Virus record (IMG/VR): IMGVR_UViG_3300042554_003175
Span: 1 to 25,834 of that record
Direction: 5' to 3' (one strand)
Length of the DNA stretch: 25,834 nt
DNA from: a virus
Taxonomy: Duplodnaviria > Caudoviricetes
Within the stretch, counting starts at the first letter, position 1. Every line of letters starts with the position of its first letter. This document shows positions 1-8,028 of this stretch, in pieces. The notes below the pieces were generated by a model. It ran no database searches, was not told the origin of the DNA, and saw nothing but the letters and a program-made list of their open reading frames with translations. A program made the position numbers and the translations under genes.

Positions 1-355
1 TGTCCGCTTGAAGGGAATCAATGTCACCTTTTAGGTCTGTACGAACATCACGGATAATATCACCGCTCTCGTCGACCATAACGACTGCACCATCAACGCG
101 CTCTTCCATTTTGGTGATGCGTTCTTGGATTGCAGACAAGTCTGGAGCCACGTAAGTTTGAATGGCTTCTTTCATTGACATGTAATCTTTATAGACTTCA
201 AATGCGCCGTAAAGACCGCCGAGAACGGTAGATACGATCGTACCTGCAATCATAAGTTTTGCTGGTGTGAAGTTATAACCGCCGATGCTGATTACCGTAT
301 TTGGGTCAGTAGCAGCCTCTAGTTTATCTACGCTTTCGTCTAAATCCTTACTCAT
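1..355 (-). CDS. Membrane-anchored coiled-coil hypothetical protein, 3' end outside window
   Basis: Not in the ORF track; translated by hand. ATG at 355 after a GAGGA RBS: MSKDLDESVDKLEAATDPNTVISIGGYNFTPAKLMIAGTIVSTVLGGLYGAFEVYKDY...APDLSAIQERITKMEERVD... The frame is open to the window edge, with one hydrophobic segment followed by heptad-like sequence. Confidence 0.85.
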   Translation of the reverse strand, partial: MSKDLDESVDKLEAATDPNTVISIGGYNFTPAKLMIAGTIVSTVLGGLYGAFEVYKDYMSMKEAIQTYVAPDLSAIQERITKMEERVDGAVVMVDESGDIIRDVRTDLKGDIDSLQAD

Positions 356-377
356 CTTGATATTCCTCTGTAAAACT

Positions 378-821
378 TTATCTTGTTATGACATAAACAA
401 ATCCAAATAACCCACCAACAAACATAACAAATAAAATTCCTATACAGATCATCAGTGTAATTTCTTCTTGTCTTTGTGCTGCTTCAATTTCGGCACGTCT
501 TCTTGCTTGCGCCGCTGCTAATTCCATCTGCGCATGCATTTTTTGAAACTTCACCCAATCATCCCATAATCCAGGTCGTCCTGCGATTAGCATATAATCT
601 TTCAATTCTTTTTCTTTTCTTCGTACTTCTTCTAATGCAAAAAATTCTTCTAGTCGACTACGCTCATTTGCAGGTGTTTCAATAACTTTCTTTTCTAACT
701 TTCGTTTACCTTCAAAAAACTTTCCTAATTGACCTGCACACTCACCCAGCTCTCTACCGTTACTCACCACTTCTTTGATGACGGCATAGGCTGCATTGAC
801 TGCTGCGAGTTCTGCTAACAT
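378..821 (-). CDS. Phage hypothetical protein, coiled-coil with C-terminal TM helix
   Basis: 147 aa. Start overlaps the upstream stop (TAATG). Charged helical body and a hydrophobic C-terminus ITLMICIGILFVMFVGGLFGFVYVI. Confidence 0.85.
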   Translation of the reverse strand: MLAELAAVNAAYAVIKEVVSNGRELGECAGQLGKFFEGKRKLEKKVIETPANERSRLEEFFALEEVRRKEKELKDYMLIAGRPGLWDDWVKFQKMHAQMELAAAQARRRAEIEAAQRQEEITLMICIGILFVMFVGGLFGFVYVITR

Positions 822-3088
822 TACTTATATTGCTCGTCAACCATCTTTTTATAGGTGTCTGTATTTCCCTTTTCAAGGAAATATGCGCCTCGGGCATTGT
901 CCTTAATAATAACACCTCTATAGATATCTTCTGGTCTATAGAAGGGTACATCTGGAATTCGTTGTGTTAGATATGAACTTACATCTGCATCTACTGCAAT
1001 TGCTGATACAATGCCTGATTGATCAGCATCCATATAGTTTGCATTAATTGCATCCTGCTGCTCTTTATTAGCAGCAACTACCTGCTCTGCTCTAACTTCA
1101 GCATCACTCTTTTCTTCTATTGGTTTAATGATACCAAGGAATTCAAGACTCATAGCATTTGGTGCTTGGTTGAATGTGTTTGCCATTGCTAATGCTGGGT
1201 CAACCATCGCTGTTGTTACTTCTGCGTCTTTGCTTGATTCATCATCAAATGCACTTTGCTCTGCTGTGGCGCGACTGGCTTCCACAATTGCAAGTGCCTC
1301 ATCTGTTTCTGCAGTATCAGCAGTTGGACCACGAACAAATGATTCAGCAAGCATCTCGGCTTCTTGTTCAATCTGGCTTGTTGTTTCACCTGTTGTGAAC
1401 TCAACTGTTTGCCCCATATCTGTTTGTGCTTCTGCGCCTGAATCAGCAACCACTGTTTCCTGTTGTGTTACATCTTCTGCTATAGAAACTGCAACCTGTG
1501 TTTCAGTTGTTTGCTGCTCTGTTATATTTTGAATTGATGTGTCAGTTGATTGAGTTTCAGTAGAAACAACAGCGGCAGATTGAGTTGTCATTGATGTTTC
1601 GCTTGAGAATGCTGCAATTGATTCAGCCTCTCTTGAAGAATCATTGGAAGCAGCATCACTTGCAGCCAGAGTTTCTGATAATGCTTGTTGACCTATTTGT
1701 CTACCAGTCTCAAGGACATCTAATCCAGTATCGGAAACGGATGAACTTTCTTCTTTTTGTTCTGTGAACATATCTGCAGCTGCAACAGTTTCAGTTGACT
1801 CAACTGAACTTGATTGATCATTAGATGATCTAGCTGTTGTGGTAGTTGTTGAACTTTCTGTTGCAGGTCCACCGCTAGTACTGGAACCAGATGATGTTGT
1901 TTCTGATGCAATTGCAAGAGCATTTTGTAGTACATCTTTAGAAATTGCATCAGCAAGAATCTGAGCCTTTTCTTCGTCAGTCAGTTCTCTATAGGTTGCA
2001 ACAACGGCTGGCTCTCCTAGATCTTCTGCATCTTCAACAAGTAAAATGTCTTCTTCGTCTGTTTCTTCAGCAAGCATTTCTTCTAGGTCGGCGTCAAGAA
2101 GTTCTTCTGTGGCTTCCTCATCAGCAACTAGGACTTCTTCTTCCTCGACATATTCAGATCCATCATCTGAACCATCATCACTCCCATCATCAACTGATTC
2201 TTCGAGTTCTTCTTGAGCTGCTTCCTGTTCTTCAATAGCAGCCAAAATTTCTTCTGGGTCTGTGTAATCCGTCACACCATCATCAATACCAATACTATCA
2301 ATGACGCAAGAAGGGTCATATGGATTTGTAGTACAATCAGGTGCTAGTGGTGTATCTGGTGGCAATGGAACAATCTCTGATGATTGTACAAAGTATGTTG
2401 TGTTTTGTAAAGATGATGGATTGTTGCCCCAATAAAATTGAGTGAATTCTGTGGCAGTGTCACCCTGAAAACCAGAGGTGAATGTTCTACCTGTCTGATT
2501 ATTATAATCAAATGAACCATAATTTATACTGAAACTGCTGTCAGCAAATAAACTAATTTCAAAATTAAATTTATTTCCTGGTCCTGTTTGTGTACAACCC
2601 AACTCATTACAGGTATAAGGAGCAGAACCTAATTCATCAACACCATACCAACCAACGGTAAACGAGTTTCCTGTAGACTTATAATATGGATTACCTGGAT
2701 TATTGAAATCAGCAAGATCACTCCACATAGCAAAGATGCTATTGTTTAAATTATAGTATGATTGATTAGATAAAAATGGCAATTGATTACCATTACAGCA
2801 ACCATTGGCATTGCTGGTAAAACTTATCAATCCATTTTGCGAGATATAAACTGAATCAAACAAATTACCAAAATAGTAAAAATCAAAGGGTAATTCTATT
2901 GGTTGGAACGTAGAACCATCATCATACAATGTTAATGGCGTTCCACCAGATTGATTAATATTTTGTAATGGTGTTTGTGGTTGCGTAACAGTATATGTCT
3001 GTTCAACCGTAGGATCATAAGTTGGAGGCAGACCCTGCCCAAAGGCAGGAGCCACCGCCAATAGCAGTAGAGCAAGAAGCCGCTTCAT
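821..3088 (-). CDS. Secreted protein with nidogen (NIDO)-like domain and long acidic Ser/Thr/Glu-rich region
   Basis: 755 aa. Sec signal MKRLLALLLLAVAPAFG; NIDO-like motifs IELPFDFYYFGNLFDSVYISQNGLISF and IFAMWSDL; Cys pairs; very acidic low-complexity C-terminal half including DDGS x3. Confidence 0.8.
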   Translation of the reverse strand: MKRLLALLLLAVAPAFGQGLPPTYDPTVEQTYTVTQPQTPLQNINQSGGTPLTLYDDGSTFQPIELPFDFYYFGNLFDSVYISQNGLISFTSNANGCCNGNQLPFLSNQSYYNLNNSIFAMWSDLADFNNPGNPYYKSTGNSFTVGWYGVDELGSAPYTCNELGCTQTGPGNKFNFEISLFADSSFSINYGSFDYNNQTGRTFTSGFQGDTATEFTQFYWGNNPSSLQNTTYFVQSSEIVPLPPDTPLAPDCTTNPYDPSCVIDSIGIDDGVTDYTDPEEILAAIEEQEAAQEELEESVDDGSDDGSDDGSEYVEEEEVLVADEEATEELLDADLEEMLAEETDEEDILLVEDAEDLGEPAVVATYRELTDEEKAQILADAISKDVLQNALAIASETTSSGSSTSGGPATESSTTTTTARSSNDQSSSVESTETVAAADMFTEQKEESSSVSDTGLDVLETGRQIGQQALSETLAASDAASNDSSREAESIAAFSSETSMTTQSAAVVSTETQSTDTSIQNITEQQTTETQVAVSIAEDVTQQETVVADSGAEAQTDMGQTVEFTTGETTSQIEQEAEMLAESFVRGPTADTAETDEALAIVEASRATAEQSAFDDESSKDAEVTTAMVDPALAMANTFNQAPNAMSLEFLGIIKPIEEKSDAEVRAEQVVAANKEQQDAINANYMDADQSGIVSAIAVDADVSSYLTQRIPDVPFYRPEDIYRGVIIKDNARGAYFLEKGNTDTYKKMVDEQYK

Positions 3089-4548
3089 TAGCCGCCTTCT
3101 GATGCTTCTGGAAGATCAGTTGATTTTTCTTGCTCGTTCTTTACCCAAATCTTCCACCATTTCTTACGGAAGTCTGGACGTTCTTCTTTATTACCAGCCC
3201 ACTGCTCTGTGGCTTCCTTACCAATCTTACCCATATATGGGCAAGGTGTACCAGCCATTTCCATTGCCTTGAACACTCTTTCGTCTTGGCACATCATTGA
3301 TACAGCAGCAACCTTCATACCCATATCGTATAGAGTCTTAGATAGTTTTAGACGTTCGCAATTCATATCGCGAACTGCCTTACCAGCAGAAAGACCAAGA
3401 ACCTGAGTCTGAACAGCGCCAGAAACGCCTGATACACAGACATCCTGGCTGTATGTTGAGATCATTGGAGCGATAGCAGAAGCAGGAGGTGCTTTGATTG
3501 TTGTTTCTGACTTTGTAATGTTCTCGTTTCTGTTGATATTTGTATTTGTGTTATCTGTCTTTACACTTGATTGGCTTGTGCTCTCAGACTTATTCACATT
3601 CTCGTTCTTGTTTACAGCAGTTGATGTGCTCACATTCACATTGTTATTATTATTTGTAGCAACAGAAGTGCTGTCGTTCTTATTCACATTTGTGTTAGTT
3701 GAAGTAGAGACATTATTGTTGTTATTTGTGTTAGTTGATGTAGAGACATTGTTGTTATTGTTAGTATTTGTGGAATTAATATTCGTGTTGTTATTATTAT
3801 TGTTATTATAAGTCACTTCACCAGACAAATTGTTATTATTGTTATTTGTGTTCGTTGATGTTGATGTGCTCACATTGACATTATTGTTATTATTAGTGTT
3901 ATTAGATGTCGTTGTGTTCACATTGTTATTATTATTTGTGTTATTAGATGTCGTTGTGTTCACATTATTGTTGTTATTTGTCAAAGTACCAGATTGAATG
4001 TTGTTATTTGTATTCACATTCGTGTTGTTATTTGTATTTGTAGCCGTAGAAGTGGAAGCGTTCACATTGTTATTATTATTCGTTAGAGTGCCAGATTGAA
4101 TGTTGTTGTTTGTATTCACATTCGTATTGGTATTTGTACTGTTGACAACAGAATTGTTGTTGTTATTATTCGTAGCAGTACTAGTAGAGGTGTTATTATT
4201 ATTATAGTTTACTGTACCACTGTTAATATTATTATTTGTATTTACATTGGTATTCGTATTCGTAGAGGTCGAATTTGAATTGTTTGTGTTCACATTCGTA
4301 TTCGTATTATCAGAAGTCGAAGTAGAAGTATTCGTATTCTGATTAATATTAGTTGCAGTACCAGATTGAATGTTATTATTCGTATTCACATTCGTGTTGG
4401 TGTTGTCCGAAGTCGATGTAGAAGTCGACGTAGAATTTGTTGTCGTATTGACATCGGAGGTCGTATTGACCGTAGAAACTGTTGTGGTCTGGGCGAATGC
4501 CTGTGTTGCGCCTACCGCGAATAGTAGCGCAAGAAATAACTTTTTCAT
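3088..4548 (-). CDS. Secreted Asn/Thr-repeat protein with Cys-containing C-terminal domain
   Basis: Preferred start is ATG 4548 (CAGGAG RBS; signal peptide MKKLFLALLFAVGATQAFA) rather than 4602. About 330 aa of N/T/S/V repeats, then a globular domain PPASAIAP...CVSGVSGAVQ...CERLKLSK...CQDERVF...GTPCP. Confidence 0.85.
   Translation of the reverse strand: MKKLFLALLFAVGATQAFAQTTTVSTVNTTSDVNTTTNSTSTSTSTSDNTNTNVNTNNNIQSGTATNINQNTNTSTSTSDNTNTNVNTNNSNSTSTNTNTNVNTNNNINSGTVNYNNNNTSTSTATNNNNNNSVVNSTNTNTNVNTNNNIQSGTLTNNNNNVNASTSTATNTNNNTNVNTNNNIQSGTLTNNNNNVNTTTSNNTNNNNNVNTTTSNNTNNNNNVNVSTSTSTNTNNNNNNLSGEVTYNNNNNNNTNINSTNTNNNNNVSTSTNTNNNNNVSTSTNTNVNKNDSTSVATNNNNNVNVSTSTAVNKNENVNKSESTSQSSVKTDNTNTNINRNENITKSETTIKAPPASAIAPMISTYSQDVCVSGVSGAVQTQVLGLSAGKAVRDMNCERLKLSKTLYDMGMKVAAVSMMCQDERVFKAMEMAGTPCPYMGKIGKEATEQWAGNKEERPDFRKKWWKIWVKNEQEKSTDLPEASEGG
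3500..4480 (-). repeat. Coding low-complexity tandem repeats (Asn/Thr)
   Basis: Recurring NTNVNTNNNI(Q/N)SGT and NNNNVNTTTSNNT units. The 26-mer ttattagatgtcgttgtgttcacatt recurs with a 42-bp period at about 3899 and 3941. Confidence 0.9.
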
Positions 4549-4662
4549 TTTTTCTCCTGATATCCTTATGCCTTTATGACAAAAACATAATTTAGTTCCC
4601 AAGAAACTAGAAAATCAGCAGTTAAATGACAAAATTCATCAATTCTCTCTATATTCTGAGTG

Positions 4663-4670
4663 TATTTATA
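4663..4670 (-). promoter_or_regulatory. T4-type late promoter TATAAATA
   Basis: Exact T4 gp55-dependent late promoter consensus in the intergenic gap upstream of the secreted-protein module. Confidence 0.8.
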
Positions 4671-4682
4671 CAAATACGGTTA

Positions 4683-7235
4683 TTACTTATCCTTCAACGC
4701 AGAAGTTGGTGGTGAAAAGTTAGATGTGTAGCGAGCATAACCTTTGGTGACGCGGAAATCGTCAAGATAACCCTCGAATTCACTACTCGCCCAAACACCT
4801 CTACCAATAGTTATATTAGTATCAGTAAAGTTTTGACTATTAGAAACATTACCATCTAGTACACCATTTACAAATAGTCTTAGAGAAGTTCCTGATCTAG
4901 TTACTGCAATGTGCGTCCAAGTATTCAAACTTACAGTAGTAGTACCTAATATTTTTTGTGTATCAGAATAAAATTGTATTTTTTCAGCATCGGTTAAACT
5001 TATGGTAAATCCTGTGGCATTCAAATCAACAACACGAGAATCATACATTCCATTATCTCCAGTAGACGCTACAGGATACATCCAAAACTCTACAGTAAAA
5101 TTCCCAGTACCAAAATTAAATAATGGTGAAGCATTTCTTACTTGTAAATAATCCCCAGTACCATCAAAGTACATAGAACCAGTGCCATACTTGTACTGTG
5201 CAGTGCTGACTTTAGCATCACCAACAGTTTCGAGTACAGTCTTCGCTGTTTGATCGAAGATGCCAGCGTTGGTGTAATTACATAAGAAAGATGTATTAGC
5301 AATATTTGTTAGTGGTGCTGTTGGCACAGTCAGTGTTGATAATGTTGGGTCATATGGTGATGATCCTTTTGTGATGCGCATACTAGAAATATATCCACAA
5401 AATTCACTACCACTTGTTCCTCCAATTGTCATAGCGTTGGTTGATGAAAAATTATTCGTTACTGTTGCGTTTGCAGTTTTTTTTCCGTTTACGAAAAGAG
5501 AAAGAGTGTTTGATGCTCGACATGCAACCAAGTGATACCATTGATCAGATGTAACTGCAGTATTTGATATTGCATAATTAGTAAACCAACTTTGAACTTT
5601 TGGATAATTACTTGCATCTATTCTAAATGAGAATTCTGTTTCGCTGCCAGATATATTTGTCAATAATTGATCACCAGTTGGACTTCCTGTGAAGTATACC
5701 CACATTTCGACGCTAAAATCACCAGTACCAAATGCTAGATTAGATGATGACGGTAGAGTTAGATAATCCCCAGTGCCATCAAAGTATGCACTACCACCAA
5801 CATTTGCTGTTGAATATGCAGCAGTTGGTGCAAATGGGCTGAATGATTGTACGCTAGTATCGCCATTTCTTGTTATTGTAAAATTATTTGTACTATTATC
5901 TTTAAAACGATTGCTTTGGCAAGTTAATAAAGATGTTCCGCTTACAGCAGTGAGTGGCGAGGTGGATGGTGTAAAATTAGAAGTATAAAGCGCAGTTCCC
6001 TTGACAATTCTAGCATTAGACATATATCCTAAAAAGTAGCCACCGCCTGTTGTTCCATATCCAAGAAAAAGAGCTGATGAAACGCCCGAAATGCCATCAC
6101 TGAAAGATGCACTTGCGTCTAAATTGCCATTTATAAAAATTCTTACTGTACTTGACTCGCGAGTTACTGCAACATGTGTCCAAACATTTGGTGTTATTGT
6201 TGATGTGCTTGTTATTGAACTTCCACTAGTAAAGAAAAATTGTAATAGATTTGTTGCGTTTTTTCTAAATTCCCAGCCAGCGTTCACAGGTCTATTACTG
6301 AATATGTAGCGTTCTGCGCCTGGTCCTTGGTCATAAATCCAAGATTCTACTGTGAAGTTTCCAGTTACAAGATCAAATCCAGCATTTGCAGAAACGCTCA
6401 AATAATCTCCGTTTCCATCAAAATAATTACTCCATCCAGTTTGACTAAACGGAGAGAAACTACCTTGCGTGGCGTTACCATTTCTCGTAATAGAAAAATT
6501 ATTAGTTGACGAATCTAGAAACGCATGATTGTTTTTATTATTGGTGCCGTTTGCATGAATTAATAGAACATTATTTGCAAATAGAGCACCTTCGCCTGTT
6601 GTCGCCGTCACACTGAACGCTCTTGAAGAGTCTTGATTTTGAGCGTCAGTTGCAACAGCGGTAAAGTTATAGGTCGTATCTGCTTCTGGTGGTGTTGTGA
6701 TTGTACCGCTGATGACGCCGTTTGAAGCCAAAGAGATGCCCGTTGGTAAAGAACTGCCAGCAGCAAGAGCATACGTCAAAGGCGCATCACCTGTAGCAGA
6801 CAACGAAATATTCCAAACACCAGTCGCATCCTGTTCGGTTAATGTAGCGCCAGTAACCCAACTTGGCTCACCAGAAATTTGAAGACCTGGAATTAAGATT
6901 GCAGTTGCACCATCTTCAGGATTGATCACATACACAGGATATGATGCCGAAGAAAGAGCAGGGCTTGTGAACGACAAATTGCTTGCGCTAATATAAGAAA
7001 CGGAAGGAACGTTATTGCCATTAATATAGACGGTTGAGTTTGACTTAAATCCAGAACCTGTGATGTATAGCGTTTGACCACCGACGGTATTTGCGGCAAG
7101 GTCATTACCAGGATAGATAATGGATGCGATCTTCGGACCACCGCCAGACTCAATTGTTGTTATCAAAGTCGCTGACAATTGAGTTGAAGTAATTGTGCCG
7201 CTTTGAATCGATGTTCCTGATAGTTTATTTGGCAT
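4683..7235 (-). CDS. Tail fibre/adhesin-like virion protein: IPT/TIG + putative Ig domain + three LamG/concanavalin A-like domains
   Basis: 850 aa. GGQTLYITGSGF...VYVINP (IPT/TIG); TYALAAGSSLPTGISLASNGVISGT (He_PIG-like Ig); three YFDG(N/T)GDYL...FTVE.W...W.H.A..R...FVNG LamG units. Confidence 0.85.
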   Translation of the reverse strand: MPNKLSGTSIQSGTITSTQLSATLITTIESGGGPKIASIIYPGNDLAANTVGGQTLYITGSGFKSNSTVYINGNNVPSVSYISASNLSFTSPALSSASYPVYVINPEDGATAILIPGLQISGEPSWVTGATLTEQDATGVWNISLSATGDAPLTYALAAGSSLPTGISLASNGVISGTITTPPEADTTYNFTAVATDAQNQDSSRAFSVTATTGEGALFANNVLLIHANGTNNKNNHAFLDSSTNNFSITRNGNATQGSFSPFSQTGWSNYFDGNGDYLSVSANAGFDLVTGNFTVESWIYDQGPGAERYIFSNRPVNAGWEFRKNATNLLQFFFTSGSSITSTSTITPNVWTHVAVTRESSTVRIFINGNLDASASFSDGISGVSSALFLGYGTTGGGYFLGYMSNARIVKGTALYTSNFTPSTSPLTAVSGTSLLTCQSNRFKDNSTNNFTITRNGDTSVQSFSPFAPTAAYSTANVGGSAYFDGTGDYLTLPSSSNLAFGTGDFSVEMWVYFTGSPTGDQLLTNISGSETEFSFRIDASNYPKVQSWFTNYAISNTAVTSDQWYHLVACRASNTLSLFVNGKKTANATVTNNFSSTNAMTIGGTSGSEFCGYISSMRITKGSSPYDPTLSTLTVPTAPLTNIANTSFLCNYTNAGIFDQTAKTVLETVGDAKVSTAQYKYGTGSMYFDGTGDYLQVRNASPLFNFGTGNFTVEFWMYPVASTGDNGMYDSRVVDLNATGFTISLTDAEKIQFYSDTQKILGTTTVSLNTWTHIAVTRSGTSLRLFVNGVLDGNVSNSQNFTDTNITIGRGVWASSEFEGYLDDFRVTKGYARYTSNFSPPTSALKDK

Positions 7236-7246
7236 TTAACCCTTCC

Positions 7247-7612
7247 TCAATAACTCGTTACAGATAATCCAGGCACGCTAACTCCGAAACCGCCATCTGG
7301 ATTGATCGCATAAACTAGATACGTTCCTACTGATAATGCTGGAGTCGTAAATTGTACGTTACTTGCACTAATGTAGGTAACTGATGGTGCCGCATTTCCT
7401 GCAATGTACACAGTCACATTCGAATCGAAATTTGCACCATTTAATGTGATTGTTTGACCGCCAGACGCTCTTGCTGAATTGTTTGCACCGAAATAGATCA
7501 AATTCTTTACCTTCGGACCACCACTCGAAACTTGTGCGCTGAGTGACGGCGAAAAGGTTTCAATCTGAATCGTTCCGCTTTGAATTGATGTTCCTGGAAG
7601 TTTATCTGGCAT
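7247..7612 (-). CDS. IPT/TIG-domain protein, short paralog of the N-terminus of 4683..7235
   Basis: 121 aa. MPDKLPGTSIQSGTI...GGPK...GGQTITLNGANF...PSVTYISASN...INPDGG aligns with the first ~120 aa of the downstream protein. Confidence 0.85.
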   Translation of the reverse strand: MPDKLPGTSIQSGTIQIETFSPSLSAQVSSGGPKVKNLIYFGANNSARASGGQTITLNGANFDSNVTVYIAGNAAPSVTYISASNVQFTTPALSVGTYLVYAINPDGGFGVSVPGLSVTSY

Positions 7613-7634
7613 TTACATCCCTCAACTTTTAGGG

Positions 7635-7642
7635 TATTTATT
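7635..7642 (-). promoter_or_regulatory. Late promoter variant AATAAATA
   Basis: TATAATAAATA about 25 nt upstream of the ATG of 7247..7612, followed by a GAGGGG RBS. Confidence 0.65.
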
Positions 7643-7679
7643 ATAGCGCAATCAAAGCACTAATACACCTCGCGCCAAG

Positions 7680-7742
7680 TTACAGTGCACCAAACATTTT
7701 TGCCATCTTAACTAGGAGTTTTTTCTCCTCAAGTGTTTTCAT
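7680..7742 (-). pseudogene. 20-codon gene remnant MKTLEEKKLLVKMAKMFGAL
   Basis: ATG at 7742 after GAGA, directly behind the previous stop. It reads like the N-terminus of a longer protein and ends abruptly. Confidence 0.4.
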
Positions 7743-7755
7743 AATATAATCTCAA

Positions 7756-8028
7756 TTAAAACGTAATGCTGCCAGAAGCAGTAAATTTATAAATCCTATA
7801 TCCACCAGAAACTGTAATTGTAGGGCTACCTGTTGTACTTGATGCGCCATGCCACGTACCGACTTCAAGATACTTTTCGTCTTTTTTTACAAGTTCGTTA
7901 AGTAAAATTCGATTTTCGTTTGTGCTTGCACCATGCATCGAAAAAATAACATCGTTTAATTTATGTCCTTTTTCAATAGTTGCTATTTGAATAGCCTTTT
8001 CAATTCTTTCAATATATTCATGGATCAT
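7756..8028 (-). pseudogene. Chimeric ORF: SAM-methyltransferase-like N-terminus fused to a tail/glycine-rich protein C-terminus
   Basis: YLEVGTWHGAS (SAM motif I-like) runs straight into STTGSPTITVSGGYRIYKFTASGSITF, a typical terminus of phage glycine-rich virion proteins. Confidence 0.6.

Noticed and set aside
3500-4480. Repeat tract as a CRISPR array or DGR template
   Set aside because: No constant repeat with unique spacers and no adenine-specific variant pair; the repeats are in-frame codon repeats, and no cas or reverse transcriptase gene is in the window.
3494-4579. Very hydrophobic plus-strand ORFs (3494..3811, 4096..4278, 4370..4579)
   Set aside because: They are antisense shadows of AAT/AAC/ACA repeats, lack RBSs and lie opposite a well-supported gene.
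4576-4634. Canonical Pho box
   Set aside because: The two TGTCAT half-sites are 50 bp apart, not in 11-bp tandem; kept only as a low-interest motif.
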